From the human T2T-CHM13v2.0 reference genome, Homo sapiens: 64,000 nt of DNA. The translations under genes and the position numbers were made by a program. Below, in pieces: positions 29,901 through 43,500 of this stretch. Every line of letters begins with the position of its first letter. Position 1 is the stretch's first letter. The notes under the pieces are model-generated. The model ran no database searches. It was not told the origin of the DNA and worked only from the letters and a program-made list of their open reading frames with translations. The stretch lies in the NCBI RefSeq assembly GCF_009914755.1, contig NC_060939.1. One strand, given 5' to 3'.

Positions 29901-29992
29901 TCCATTCCATTCGGTACCATTCCATATTGTTCCATTCGATTCCATTCGAATCCATTCCATTCCAGTCCATTCCATTCGATTCCATTCCATTC
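17926..29992 (+). repeat. Copy 2 of the 17,925-bp-offset duplication
   Basis: Shares private variants with copy 1: 266/18191 TTTTGCG, 6558/24483 CCAATC, 7020/24945 TTTGCATT, 8721/26646 CAGGACC, 9296/27221 ATCTCAC, 10538/28463 TTGAAGAC. Identity breaks at ~12068 (CCTTTCAA) versus ~29993 (CATTTCAA). Confidence 0.92.
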
Positions 29993-32900
29993 ATTTCAAT
30001 TCCATTCCATTCCATTCCATTCCATTCCACTTGATTCCTCTCCATTCCCTTCCACTGCATTCCGTTCGATTCCATTCCATTGCATTGCATTCCATTCCAT
30101 TGGATTGCATTCCATTCGATTCCATTCCATTCGAATCAATTACATAGCAATCCATTGCATTCGAGTCTATTCTATTCCGTTCCATTCGATTTCGTTCCAA
30201 TCCATTCGATTCCATTCCATTCGATTCCATTCCATACTATTGCATTCCATTCGATTACATTATATTCGAATAAGTTCCATTCAAGACCATTTCTTTCGAG
30301 TCCATTCTATTTGAGTCCATTCCCTTTGATTCCATAACATTTGAGTCCATTCAATTCCATTCCTTTCGTTTCCCTTCCATTTGATGCCATTCCATTCAAT
30401 TCTGTTCTACTCGACTCCAATACATTCAATTCCATTCCATCCGATTCCATTACATTCTTTTCATTTCTTATCCATTTCAAGCCATTCCTCTCCATTCCAT
30501 TCCACTCGTTTCCTTTCCATTCGAGTCCATTCCTCTCCAGTCCATTCCGTTCAATCCATTCCATTCCAGTCCATTCCATTCGAGTCCGTTCCATTCCAGT
30601 CCATTCCATTCGAGTCAATTCCATTCCATTCGATGTCTTTCCATAACGATCCATTCAATTCTATTCCTTTCGATTCCATTCCATTCTATTTCATTCCATT
30701 CGATTCCCTTCCATTGGACTCCTTTCCATTCGAGTGCATTCCATTCCTTTCCATTTCTTTCCGTTCTGTACGATTCCTACCGTTCGATTTCATTTTGTTC
30801 CAGTCCATTCCTTTCGCGTCCATTCCATTCCATTTCACTCCATTCGATTCCATTCCACTCGATTCCACTTCGTTCCATTTCATTGCATTCCATTCTATTC
30901 AACTCTATTGCCTTCCATTCCATTCCATTCGATTACATTCCATGAGATTCCATTCGAAATCGAATCAATTACATTGCAATCCATTACTATTGAGTCCGTT
31001 TTATTCCAGTCCACTGCATTCTGGTCCATTCCATTTGATTCCATTCCATTCTATTCCATTCCATACAGTTGCATTCCATTGGATTCCATGCTATATCTAT
31101 AAATTCAATTCGAGACCATTGCTTTTGAGTCCATTCTATATGATTCCATTCCATTCAAGTCCATTACATTTGGTTCAATTCCATTCCATTCCATTCCCTT
31201 CCATTCCATTCCAGTTGATATCAATCCATTCGATTCCATTCCATTCGAGCACATTCCATTCGAGTCCATTCCATTCGATGCCATTCCATTTGATTCTATT
31301 CCATTAGTCTCCATTCAATTCCATTAATCTCCATTCCATTCCATTCTACTCCAACTGATTCCATTTCATTATATTCCTTTCCATTCCATTTCATTCCATT
31401 CCATTCCATTTCATTCCATTCCATTCCATTCGTGTCCATTCCACTCCAGTCCATTCCATTCGTGTCCATTCCATTCCAGTCCATTCCATTTGTGTCCCCT
31501 GCATTCCATTAAACTCCATTCCATATTATTCCATTACACTCCATTCAATTCTATTACTTTCATTTCCATTCAATTCCATTCCATTTGATTCCATTCCACT
31601 CGGTTTCATTCCATTTGAGTCCACTCCATTCCATTCCATTCCATTCCATTCCATTCAGTTCCATTCCATTCTGTTCCATTCCATTCCGTTCCATTGCATT
31701 CCATTCCATTCGGTACCATTCCATATTGTTCCATTCGATTCCATTCGAATCCATTCCATTCCAGTCCATTCCATTCGATTCCATTCCATTCCTTTCAATT
31801 CCATTCCATTCCATTCCATTCCACTTGATTCCACTCCATTCCCTTCCACTGCATTCCATTCGATTCCATTCCATTGCATTGCATTCCATTCCATTGGACT
31901 GCATTCCATTCGATTCCATTCCATTCGAATCAATTACATAGCAATCCATTACATTCGAGTCTATTCTATTCCGTTCCATTCGATTTCTTTCCAATCCATT
32001 CGATTCCATTCCATTCGATTCCATTCCATACTATTGCATTCCATTCGATTACATTATATTCGAATAAGTTCCATTCAAGACCATTTCTTTTGAGTCCATT
32101 CTATTTGAGTCCATTCCCTTTGATTCCATAACATTTGAGTCCATTCAATTCCATTCCTTTCGTTTCCATTCCATTTGATGCCATTCCATTCAATTCTGTT
32201 CTACTCGACTCCAATACATTCAATTCCATTCCATCCGATTCCATTACATTCTTTTCATTTCTTATCCATTTCAAGCCATTCCACTCCATTCCATTCCACT
32301 CGTTTCCTTTCCATTCGAGTCCATTCCTCTCCAGTCCATTCCGTTCAATCCATTCCATTCCAGTCCATTCCATTCGAGTCCGTTCCATTCCAGTCCATTC
32401 CATTCGAGTCAATTCCATCCCATTCGATGTCTTTCCATAACGATCCATTCCATTCTATTCCTTTCGATTCCATTCCATTCTATTTCATTCCATTCGATTC
32501 CCTTCCATTGGACTCCTTTCCATTCGAGTGCATTCCATTCCGTTCCATTTCTTTCCGTTCTGTACGATTCCTACCGTTCGATTTCATTTTGTTCCAGTCC
32601 ATTCCTTTCGCGTCCATTCCATTCCATTTCACTCCATTCGATTCCATTCCATTTCACTCCATTCGATTCCATTCCACTCGATTCCACTTCGTTCCATTTC
32701 ATTGCATTCCATTCTATTCAACTCTATTGCCTTCCATTCCATTCCATTCGATTACATTCCATGCGATTCCATTCGAAATCGAATCAATTACATTGCAATC
32801 CATAACTATTGAGTCCGTTTTATTCCAGTCCACTGCATTCTGGTCCATTCCATTTGATTCCATTCCATTCTATTCCATTCCATACAGTTGCATTCCATTG

Positions 32901-35280
32901 GATTCCATCCTATATCTATAAATTCAATTCGAGACCATTGCTTTTGAGTCCATTCTATATGATTCCATTCCATTCAAGTCCATTACATTTGGTTCAATTC
33001 CATTCCATTCCATTCCCTTCCATTCCATTCCATTTGATATCAATCCATTCGATTCCATTCCATTCGAGCACATTCCATTCGAGTCCATTCCATTCGATGC
33101 CATTCCATTTGATTCTATTCCGTTAGTCTCCATTCAATTCCATTAATCTCCATTCCATTCCATTCTACTCCAACTGATTCCATTCCATTCTATTCCTTTC
33201 CATTCCATTTCATTCCATTCCATTCCATTTCATTCCATTCCATTCCATTCGTGTCCATTCCACTCCAGTCCATTCCATTCGTGTCCATTCCATTCCAGTC
33301 CATTCCATTTGTGTCCACTGCATTCCATTCCACTCCATTCCATATTATTCCATTACACTCCATTCCATTCTATTACTTTCATTTCCATTCAATTCCATTC
33401 CATTTGATTCCATTCCACTCGGTTTCATTCCATTTGAGTCCACTCCATTCCATTCCATTCCATTCCATTCAGTTCCATTCCATTCTGTTCCATTCCATTC
33501 CGTTCCATTCCATTCCATTCCATTCGGTACCATTCCATATTGTTCCATTCGATTCCATTCGAATCCATTCCATTCCAGTCCATTCCATTCGATTCCATTC
33601 CATTCATTTCAATTCCATTCCATTCCATTCCATTCCATTCCACTTGATTCCTCTCCATTCCCTTCCACTGCATTCCGTTCGATTCCATTCCATTGCATTG
33701 CATTCCATTCCATTGGATTGCATTCCATTCGATTCCATTCCATTCGAATCAATTACATAGCAATCCATTGCATTCGAGTCTATTCTATTCCGTTCCATTC
33801 GATTTCGTTCCAATCCATTCGATTCCATTCCATTCGATTCCATTCCATACTATTGCATTCCATTCGATTACATTATATTCGAATAAGTTCCATTCAAGAC
33901 CATTTCTTTTGAGTCCATTCTATTTGAGTCCATTCCCTTTGATTCCATAACATTTGAGTCCATTCAATTCCATTCCTTTCGTTTCCATTCCATTTGATGC
34001 CATTCCATTCAATTCTGTTCTACTCGACTCCAATACATTCAATTCCATTCCATCCGATTCCATTACATTCTTTTCATTTCTTATCCATTTCAAGCCATTC
34101 CTCTCCATTCCATTCCACTCGTTTCCTTTCCATTCGAGTCCATTCCTCTCCAGTCCATTCCGTTCAATCCATTCCATTCCAGTCCATTCCATTCGAGTCC
34201 GTTCCATTCCAGTCCATTCCATTCGAGTCAATTCCATTCCATTCGATGTCTTTCCATAACGATCCATTCCATTCTATTCCTTTCGATTCCATTCCATTCT
34301 ATTTCATTCCATTCGATTCCCTTCCATTGGACTCCTTTCCATTCGAGTGCATTCCATTCCTTTCCATTTCTTTCCGTTCTGTACGATTCCTACCGTTCGA
34401 TTTCATTTTGTTCCAGTCCATTCCTTTCGCGTCCATTCCATTCCATTTCACTCCATTCGATTCCATTCCACTCGATTCCACTTCGTTCCATTTCATTGCA
34501 TTCCATTCTATTCAACTCTATTGCCTTCCATTCCATTCCATTCGATTACATTCCATGAGATTCCATTCGAAATCGAATCAATTACATTGCAATCCATTAC
34601 TATTGAGTCCGTTTTATTCCAGTCCACTGCATTCTGGTCCATTCCATTTGATTCCATTCCATTCTATTCCATTCCATACAGTTGCATTCCATTGGATTCC
34701 ATGCTATATCTATAAATTCAATTCGAGACCATTGCTTTTGAGTCCATTCTATATGATTCCATTCCATTCAAGTCCATTACATTTGGTTCAATTCCATTCC
34801 ATTCCATTCCCTTCCATTCCATTCCAGTTGATATCAATCCATTCGATTCCATTCCATTCGAGCACATTCCATTCGAGTCCATTCCATTCGATGCCATTCC
34901 ATTTGATTCTATTCCATTAGTCTCCATTCAATTCCATTAATCTCCATTCCATTCCATTCTACTCCAACTGATTCCATTTCATTATATTCCTTTCCATTCC
35001 ATTTCATTCCATTCCATTCCATTTCATTCCATTCCATTCCATTCGTGTCCATTCCACTCCAGTCCATTCCATTCGTGTCCATTCCATTCCAGTCCATTCC
35101 ATTTGTGTCCCCTGCATTCCATTAAACTCCATTCCATATTATTCCATTACACTCCATTCAATTCTATTACTTTCATTTCCATTCAATTCCATTCCATTTG
35201 ATTCCATTCCACTCGGTTTCATTCCATTTGAGTCCACTCCATTCCATTCCATTCCATTCCATTCCATTCAGTTCCATTCC
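28522..35280 (+). repeat. Two-unit (dimer) duplication, offset 3613 bp, slightly diverged
   Basis: Shared markers at +3613: CCTCTCC 30488/34101, CATGAGA 30944/34557, TTCATTATATTCC 31371/34984, TTAAACTCC 31511/35124. Both first units also carry the 25-bp duplication. Confidence 0.8.
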
Positions 35281-37576
35281 ATTCTATTCCATTCCATTCC
35301 GTTCCATTACATTCCATTCCATTCGGTACCATTCCATATTGTTCCATTCGATTCCATTCGAATCCATTCCATTCCAGTCCATTCCATTCGATTCCATTCC
35401 ATTCATTTCAATTCCATTCCATTCCATTCCATTACATTCCACTTGATTCCTCTCCATTCCCTTCCACTGCATTCCGTTCGATTCCATTCCATTGCATTGC
35501 ATTCCATTCCATTGGATTGCATTCCATTCGATTCCATTCCATTCGAATCAATTACATAGCAATCCATTACATTCGAGTCTATTCTATTCCGTTCCATTCG
35601 ATTTCGTTCCAATCCATTCGATTCCATTCCATTCGATTCCATTCCATACTATTGCATTCCATTCGATTACATTATATTCGAATAAGTTCCATTCAAGACC
35701 ATTTCTTTTGAGTCCATTCTATTTGAGTCCATTCCCTTTGATTCCATAACATTTGAGTCCATTCAATTCCATTCCTTTCGTTTCCATTCCATTTGATGCC
35801 ATTCCATTCAATTCTGTTCTACTCGACTCCAATACATTCAATTCCATTCCATCCGATTCCATTACATTCTTTTCATTTCTTATCCATTTCAAGCCATTCC
35901 ACTCCATTCCATTCCACTCGTTTCCTTTCCATTCGAGTCCATTCCTCTCCAGTCCATTCCGTTCAATCCATTCCATTCCAGTCCATTCCATTCGAGTCCG
36001 TTCCATTCCAGTCCATTCCATTCGAGTCAATTCCATCCCATTCGATGTCTTTCCATAACGATCCATTCCATTCTATTCCTTTCGATTCCATTCCATTCTA
36101 TTTCATTCCATTCGATTCCCTTCCATTGGACTCCTTTCCATTCGAGTGCATTCCATTCCGTTCCATTTCTTTCCGTTCTGTACGATTCCTACCGTTCGAT
36201 TTCATTTTGTTCCAGTCCATTCCTTTCGCGTCCATTCCATTCCATTTCACTCCATTCGATTCCATTCCATTTCACTCCATTCGATTCCATTCCACTCGAT
36301 TCCACTTCGTTCCATTTCATTGCATTCCATTCTATTCAACTCTATTGCCTTCCATTCCATTCCATTCGATTACATTCCATGCGATTCCATTCGAAATCGA
36401 ATCAATTACATTGCAATCCATAACTATTGAGTCCGTTTTATTCCAGTCCACTGCATTCTGGTCCATTCCATTTGATTCCATTCCATTCTATTCCATTCCA
36501 TACAGTTGCATTCCATTGGATTCCATGCTATATCTATAAATTCAATTCGAGACCATTGCTTTTGAGTCCATTCTATATGATTCCATTCCATTCAAGTCCA
36601 TTACATTTGGTTCAATTCCATTCCATTCCATTCCCTTCCATTCCATTCCATTTGATATCAATCCATTCGATTCCATTCCATTCGAGCACATTCCATTCGA
36701 GTCCATTCCATTCGATGCCATTCCATTTGATTCTATTCCATTAGTCTCCATTCAATTCCATTAATCTCCATTCCATTCCATTCTACTCCAGGTGATTCCA
36801 TTCCATTCTATTCCTTTCCATTCCATTTCATTCCATTCCATTCCATTTCATTCCATTCCATTCCATTCGTGTCCATTCCACTCCAGTCCATTCCATTCGT
36901 GTCCATTCCATTCCAGTCCATTCCATTTGTGTCCCCTGCATTCCATTACACTCCATTCCATATTATTCCATTACACTCCATTCAATTCTATTACTTTCAT
37001 TTCCATTCAATTCCATTCCATTTGATTCCATTCCACTCGGTTTCATTCCATTTGAGTCCACTCCATTCCATTCCATTCCATTCCATTCCATTCAGTTCCA
37101 TTCCATTCTATTCCATTCCATTCCGTTCCATTACATTCCATTCCATTCGGTACCATTCCATATTGTTCCATTCGATTCCATTCGAATCCATTCCATTCCA
37201 GTCCATTCCATTCGATTCCATTCCATTCATTTCAATTCCATTCCATTCCATTCCATTACATTCCACTTGATTCCTCTCCATTCCCTTCCACTGCATTCCG
37301 TTCGATTCCATTCCATTGCATTGCATTCCATTCCATTGGATTGCATTCCATTCGATTCCATTCCATTCGAATCAATTACATAGCAATCCATTACATTCGA
37401 GTCTATTCTATTCCGTTCCATTCGATTTCGTTCCAATCCATTCGATTCCATTCCATTCGATTCCATTCCATACTATTGCATTCCATTCGATTACATTATA
37501 TTCGAATAAGTTCCATTCAAGACCATTTCTTTTGAGTCCATTCTATTTGAGTCCATTCCCTTTGATTCCATAACAT

Positions 37577-40500
37577 TTGAGTCCATTCAATTCCATTCCT
37601 TTCGTTTCCATTCCATTTGATGCCATTCCATTCAATTCTGTTCTACTCGACTCCAATACATTCAATTCCATTCCATCCGATTCCATTACATTCTTTTCAT
37701 TTCTTATCCATTTCAAGCCATTCCACTCCATTCCATTCCACTCGTTTCCTTTCCATTCGAGTCCATTCCTCTCCAGTCCATTCCGTTCAATCCATTCCAT
37801 TCCAGTCCATTCCATTCGAGTCCGTTCCATTCCAGTCCATTCCATTCGAGTCAATTCCATCCCATTCGATGTCTTTCCATAACGATCCATTCCATTCTAT
37901 TCCTTTCGATTCCATTCCATTCTATTTCATTCCATTCGATTCCCTTCCATTGGACTCCTTTCCATTCGAGTGCATTCCATTCCGTTCCATTTCTTTCCGT
38001 TCTGTACGATTCCTACCGTTCGATTTCATTTTGTTCCAGTCCATTCCTTTCGCGTCCATTCCATTCCATTTCACTCCATTCGATTCCATTTCACTCGATT
38101 CCACTTCGTTCCATTTCATTGCATTCCATTCTATTCAACTCTATTGCCTTCCATTCCATTCCATTCGATTACATTCCATGCGATTCCATTCGAAATCCAA
38201 TCAATTACATTGCAATCCATTACTATTGAGTCCATTTTATTCCAGTCCACTGCATTCTGGTCCATTCCATTTGATTCCATTCCATTCTATTCCATTCCAT
38301 ACAGTTGCATTCCATTGGATTCCATTCTATATCTATAAATTCAATTGGAGACCATTGCTTTTGAGTCCATTCTATATGATTCCATTCCATTCAAGTCCAT
38401 TACATTTGGTTCAATTCCATTCCATTCCATTCCCTTCCATTCCATTCCAGTTGATATCAATCCATTCGATTCCATTCCATTCGAGCACATTCCATTCGAG
38501 TCCATTCCATTCGATGCCATTCCATTTGATTCTATTCCATTAGTCTCCATTCAATTCCATTAATCTCCATTCCATTCCATTCTACTCCAACTGATTCCAT
38601 TCCATTCTATTCCTTTCCATTCCATTTCATTCCATTCCATTCCATTTCATTCCATTCCATTCCATTCGCTTCCATTCCATTCGTGTCCATTCCACTCCAG
38701 TCCATTCCATTCGTGTCCATTCCATTCCAGTCCATTCCATTTGTGTCCACTGCATTCCATTCCACTCCATTCCATATTATTCCATTACACTCCATTCCGT
38801 TCTATTACTTTCATTTCCATTCAATTCCATTCCATTTGATTCCATTCCACTCGGTTTCATTCCATTTGAGTCCACTCCATTCCATTCCATTCCATTCCAT
38901 TCAGTTCCTTTCCATTCTGTTCCATTCCATTCCGTTCCATTGCATTCCATTCCATTCGGTACCATTCCATATTGTTCCATTCGATTCCATTCGAATCCAT
39001 TCCATTCCAGTCCATTCCATTCGATTCCATTCCATTCCTTTCAATTCCATTCCATTCCATTCCATTCCACTTGATTCCACTCCATTCCCTTCCACTGCAT
39101 TCCATTCGATTCCATTCCATTGCATTGCATTCCATTCCATTGGATTGCATTCCATTCGATTCCATTCCATTCGAATCAATTACATAGCAATCCATTACAT
39201 TCGAGTCTATTCTATTCCGTTCCATTCGATTTCGTTCCAATCCATTCGATTCCATTCCATTCGATTCCATTCCATACTATTGCATTCCATTCGATTACAT
39301 TATATTCGAATAAGTTCCATTCAAGACCATTTCTTTTGAGTCCATTCTATTTGAGTCCATTCCCTTTGATTCCATAACATTTGAGTCCATTCAATTCCAT
39401 TCCTTTCGTTTCCATTCCATTTGATGCCATTCCATTCAATTCTGTTCTACTCGACTCCAATACATTCAATTCCATTCCATCCGATTCCATTACATTCTTT
39501 TCATTTCTTATCCATTTCAAGCCATTCCACTCCATTCCATTCCACTCGTTTCCTTTCCATTCGAGTCCATTCCTCTCCAGTCCATTCCGTTCAATCCATT
39601 CCATTCCAGTCCATTCCATTCGAGTCCGTTCCATTCCAGTCCATTCCATTCGAGTCAATTCCATCCCATTCGATGTCTTTCCATAACGATCCATTCCATT
39701 CTATTCCTTTCGATTCCATTCCATTCTATTTCATTCCATTCGATTCCCTTCCATTGGACTCCTTTCCATTCGAGTGCATTCCATTCCGTTCCATTTCTTT
39801 CCGTTCTGTACGATTCCTACCGTTCGATTTCATTTTGTTCCAGTCCATTCCTTTCGCGTCCATTCCATTCCATTTCACTCCATTCGATTCCATTTCACTC
39901 GATTCCACTTCGTTCCATTTCATTGCATTCCATTCTATTCAACTCTATTGCCTTCCATTCCATTCCATTCGATTACATTCCATGCGATTCCATTCGAAAT
40001 CGAATCAATTACATTGCAATCCATTACTATTGAGTCCATTTTATTCCAGTCCACTGCATTCTGGTCCATTCCATTTGATTCCATTCCATTCTATTCCATT
40101 CCATACAGTTGCATTCCATTGGATTCCATTCTATATCTATAAATTCAATTGGAGACCATTGCTTTTGAGTCCATTCTATATGATTCCATTCCATTCAAGT
40201 CCATTACATTTGGTTCAATTCCATTCCATTCCATTCCCTTCCATTCCATTCCAGTTGATATCAATCCATTCGATTCCATTCCATTCGAGCACATTCCATT
40301 CGAGTCCATTCCATTCGATGCCATTCCATTTGATTCTATTCCATTAGTCTCCATTCAATTCCATTAATCTCCATTCCATTCCATTCTACTCCAACTGATT
40401 CCATTCCATTCTATTCCTTTCCATTCCATTTCATTCCATTCCATTCCATTTCATTCCATTCCATTCCATTCGCTTCCATTCCACTCCAGTCCATTCCATT

Positions 40501-43500
40501 CGTGTCCATTCCATTCCAGTCCATTCCATTTGTGTCCACTGCATTCCATTCCACTCCATTCCATATTATTCCATTACACTCCATTCCGTTCTATTACTTT
40601 CATTTCCATTCAATTCCATTCCATTTGATTCCATTCCACTCGGTTTCATTCCATTTGAGTCCACTCCATTCCATTCCATTCCATTCCATTCAGTTCCATT
40701 CCATTCTGTTCCATTCCATTCCGTTCCATTGCATTCCATTCCATTCGGTACCATTCCATATTGTTCCATTCGATTCCATTCGAATCCATTCCATTCCAGT
40801 CCATTCCATTCAATTCCATTCCATTCCTTTCAATTCCATTCCATTCCATTCCATTCCACTTGATTCCACTCCATTCCCTTCCACTGCATTCCATTCGATT
40901 CCATTCCATTGCTTTGCATTCCATTCCATTGGATTGCATTCCATTCGATTCCATTCCATTCGAATCAATTACATAGCAATCCATTACATTCGAGTCTATT
41001 CTATTCCGTTCCATTCGATTTCGTTCCAATCCATTCGATTCCATTCCATTCGATTCCATTCCATACTATTGCATTCCATTCGATTACATTATATTCGAAT
41101 AAGTTCCATTCAAGACCATTTCTTTTGAGTCCATTCTATTTGAGTCCATTCCCTTTGATTCCATAACATTTGAGTCCATTCAATTCCATTCCTTTCGTTT
41201 CCATTCCATTTGATGCCATTCCATTCAATTCTGTTCTACTCGACTCCAATACATTCAATTCCATTCCATCCGATTCCATTACATTCTTTTCATTTCTTGT
41301 CCATTTCAAGCCATTCCACTCCATTCCATTCCACTCGTTTCCTTTCCATTCGAGTCCATTCCTCTCCAGTCCATTCCGTTCAATCCATTCCATTCCAGTC
41401 CATTCCATTCGAGTCCGTTCCATTCCAGTCCATTCCATTCGAGTCAATTCCATCCCATTCGATGTCTTTCCATAACGATCCATTCCATTCTATTCCTTTC
41501 GATTCCATTCCATTCTATTTCATTCCATTCGATTCCCTTCCATTGGACTCCTTTCCATTCGAGTGCATTCCATTCCGTTCCATTTCTTTCCGTTCTGTAC
41601 GATTCCTACCGTTCGATTTCATTTTGTTCCAGTCCATTCCTTTCGCGTCCATTCCATTCCATTTCACTCCATTCGATTCCATTTCACTCGATTCCACTTC
41701 GTTCCATTTCATTGCATTCCATTCTATTCAACTCTATTGCCTTCCATTCCATTCCATTCGATTACATTCCATGCGATTCCATTCGAAATCGAATCAATTA
41801 CATTGCAATCCATTACTATTGAGTCCATTTTATTCCAGTCCACTGCATTCTGGTCCATTCCATTTGATTCCATTCCATTCTATTCCATTCCATACAGTTG
41901 CATTCCATTGGATTCCATTCTATATCTATAAATTCAATTGGAGACCATTGCTTTTGAGTCCATTCTATATGATTCCATTCCATTCAAGTCCATTACATTT
42001 GGTTCAATTCCATTCCATTCCATTCCCTTCCATTCCATTCCAGTTGATATCAATCCATTCGATTCCATTCCATTCGAGCACATTCCATTCGAGTCCATTC
42101 CATTCGATGCCATTCCATTTGATTCTATTCCATTAGTCTCCATTCAATTCCATTAATCTCCATTCCATTCCATTCTACTCCAACTGATTCCATTCCATTC
42201 TATTCCTTTCCATTCCATTTCATTCCATTCCATTCCATTTCATTCCATTCCATTCCATTCGCTTCCATTCCATTCGTGTCCATTCCACTCCAGTCCATTC
42301 CATTCGTGTCCATTCCATTCCAGTCCATTCCATTTGTGTCCACTGCATTCCATTCCACTCCATTCCATATTATTCCATTACACTCCATTCCGTTCTATTA
42401 CTTTCATTTCCATTCAATTCCATTCCATTTGATTCCATTCCACTCGGTTTCATTCCATTTGAGTCCACTCCATTCCATTCCATTCCATTCCATTCAGTTC
42501 CATTCCATTCTGTTCCATTCCATTCCGTTCCATTGCATTCCATTCCATTCGGTACCATTCCATATTGTTCCATTCGATTCCATTCGAATCCATTCCATTC
42601 CAGTCCATTCCATTCGATTCCATTCCATTCCTTTCAATTCCATTCCATTCCATTCCATTCCACTTGATTCCACTCCATTCCCTTCCACTGCATTCCATTC
42701 GATTCCATTCCATTGCTTTGCATTCCATTCCATTGGATTGCATTCCATTCGATTCCATTCCATTCGAATCAATTACATAGCAATCCATTACATTCGAGTC
42801 TATTCTATTCCGTTCCATTCGATTTCGTTCCAATCCATTCGATTCCATTCCATTCGATTCCATTCCATACTATTGCATTCCATTCGATTACATTATATTC
42901 GAATAAGTTCCATTCAAGACCATTTCTTTTGAGTCCATTCTATTTGAGTCCATTCCCTTTGATTCCATAACATTTGAGTCCATTCAATTCCATTCCTTTC
43001 GTTTCCATTCCATTTGATGCCATTCCATTCAATTCTGTTCTACTCGACTCCAATACATTCAATTCCATTCCATCCGATTCCATTACATTCTTTTCATTTC
43101 TTATCCATTTCAAGCCATTCCACTCCATTCCATTCCACTCGTTTCCTTTCCATTCGAGTCCATTCCTCTCCAGTCCATTCCGTTCAATCCATTCCATTCC
43201 AGTCCATTCCATTCGAGTCCGTTCCATTCCAGTCCATTCCATTCGAGTCAATTCCATCCCATTCGATGTCTTTCCATAACGATCCATTCCATTCTATTCC
43301 TTTCGATTCCATTCCATTCTATTTCATTCCATTCGATTCCCTTCCATTGGACTCCTTTCCATTCGAGTGCATTCCATTCCGTTCCATTTCTTTCCGTTCT
43401 GTACGATTCCTACCGTTCGATTTCATTTTGTTCCAGTCCATTCCTTTCGCGTCCATTCCATTCCATTTCACTCCATTCGATTCCATTTCACTCGATTCCA

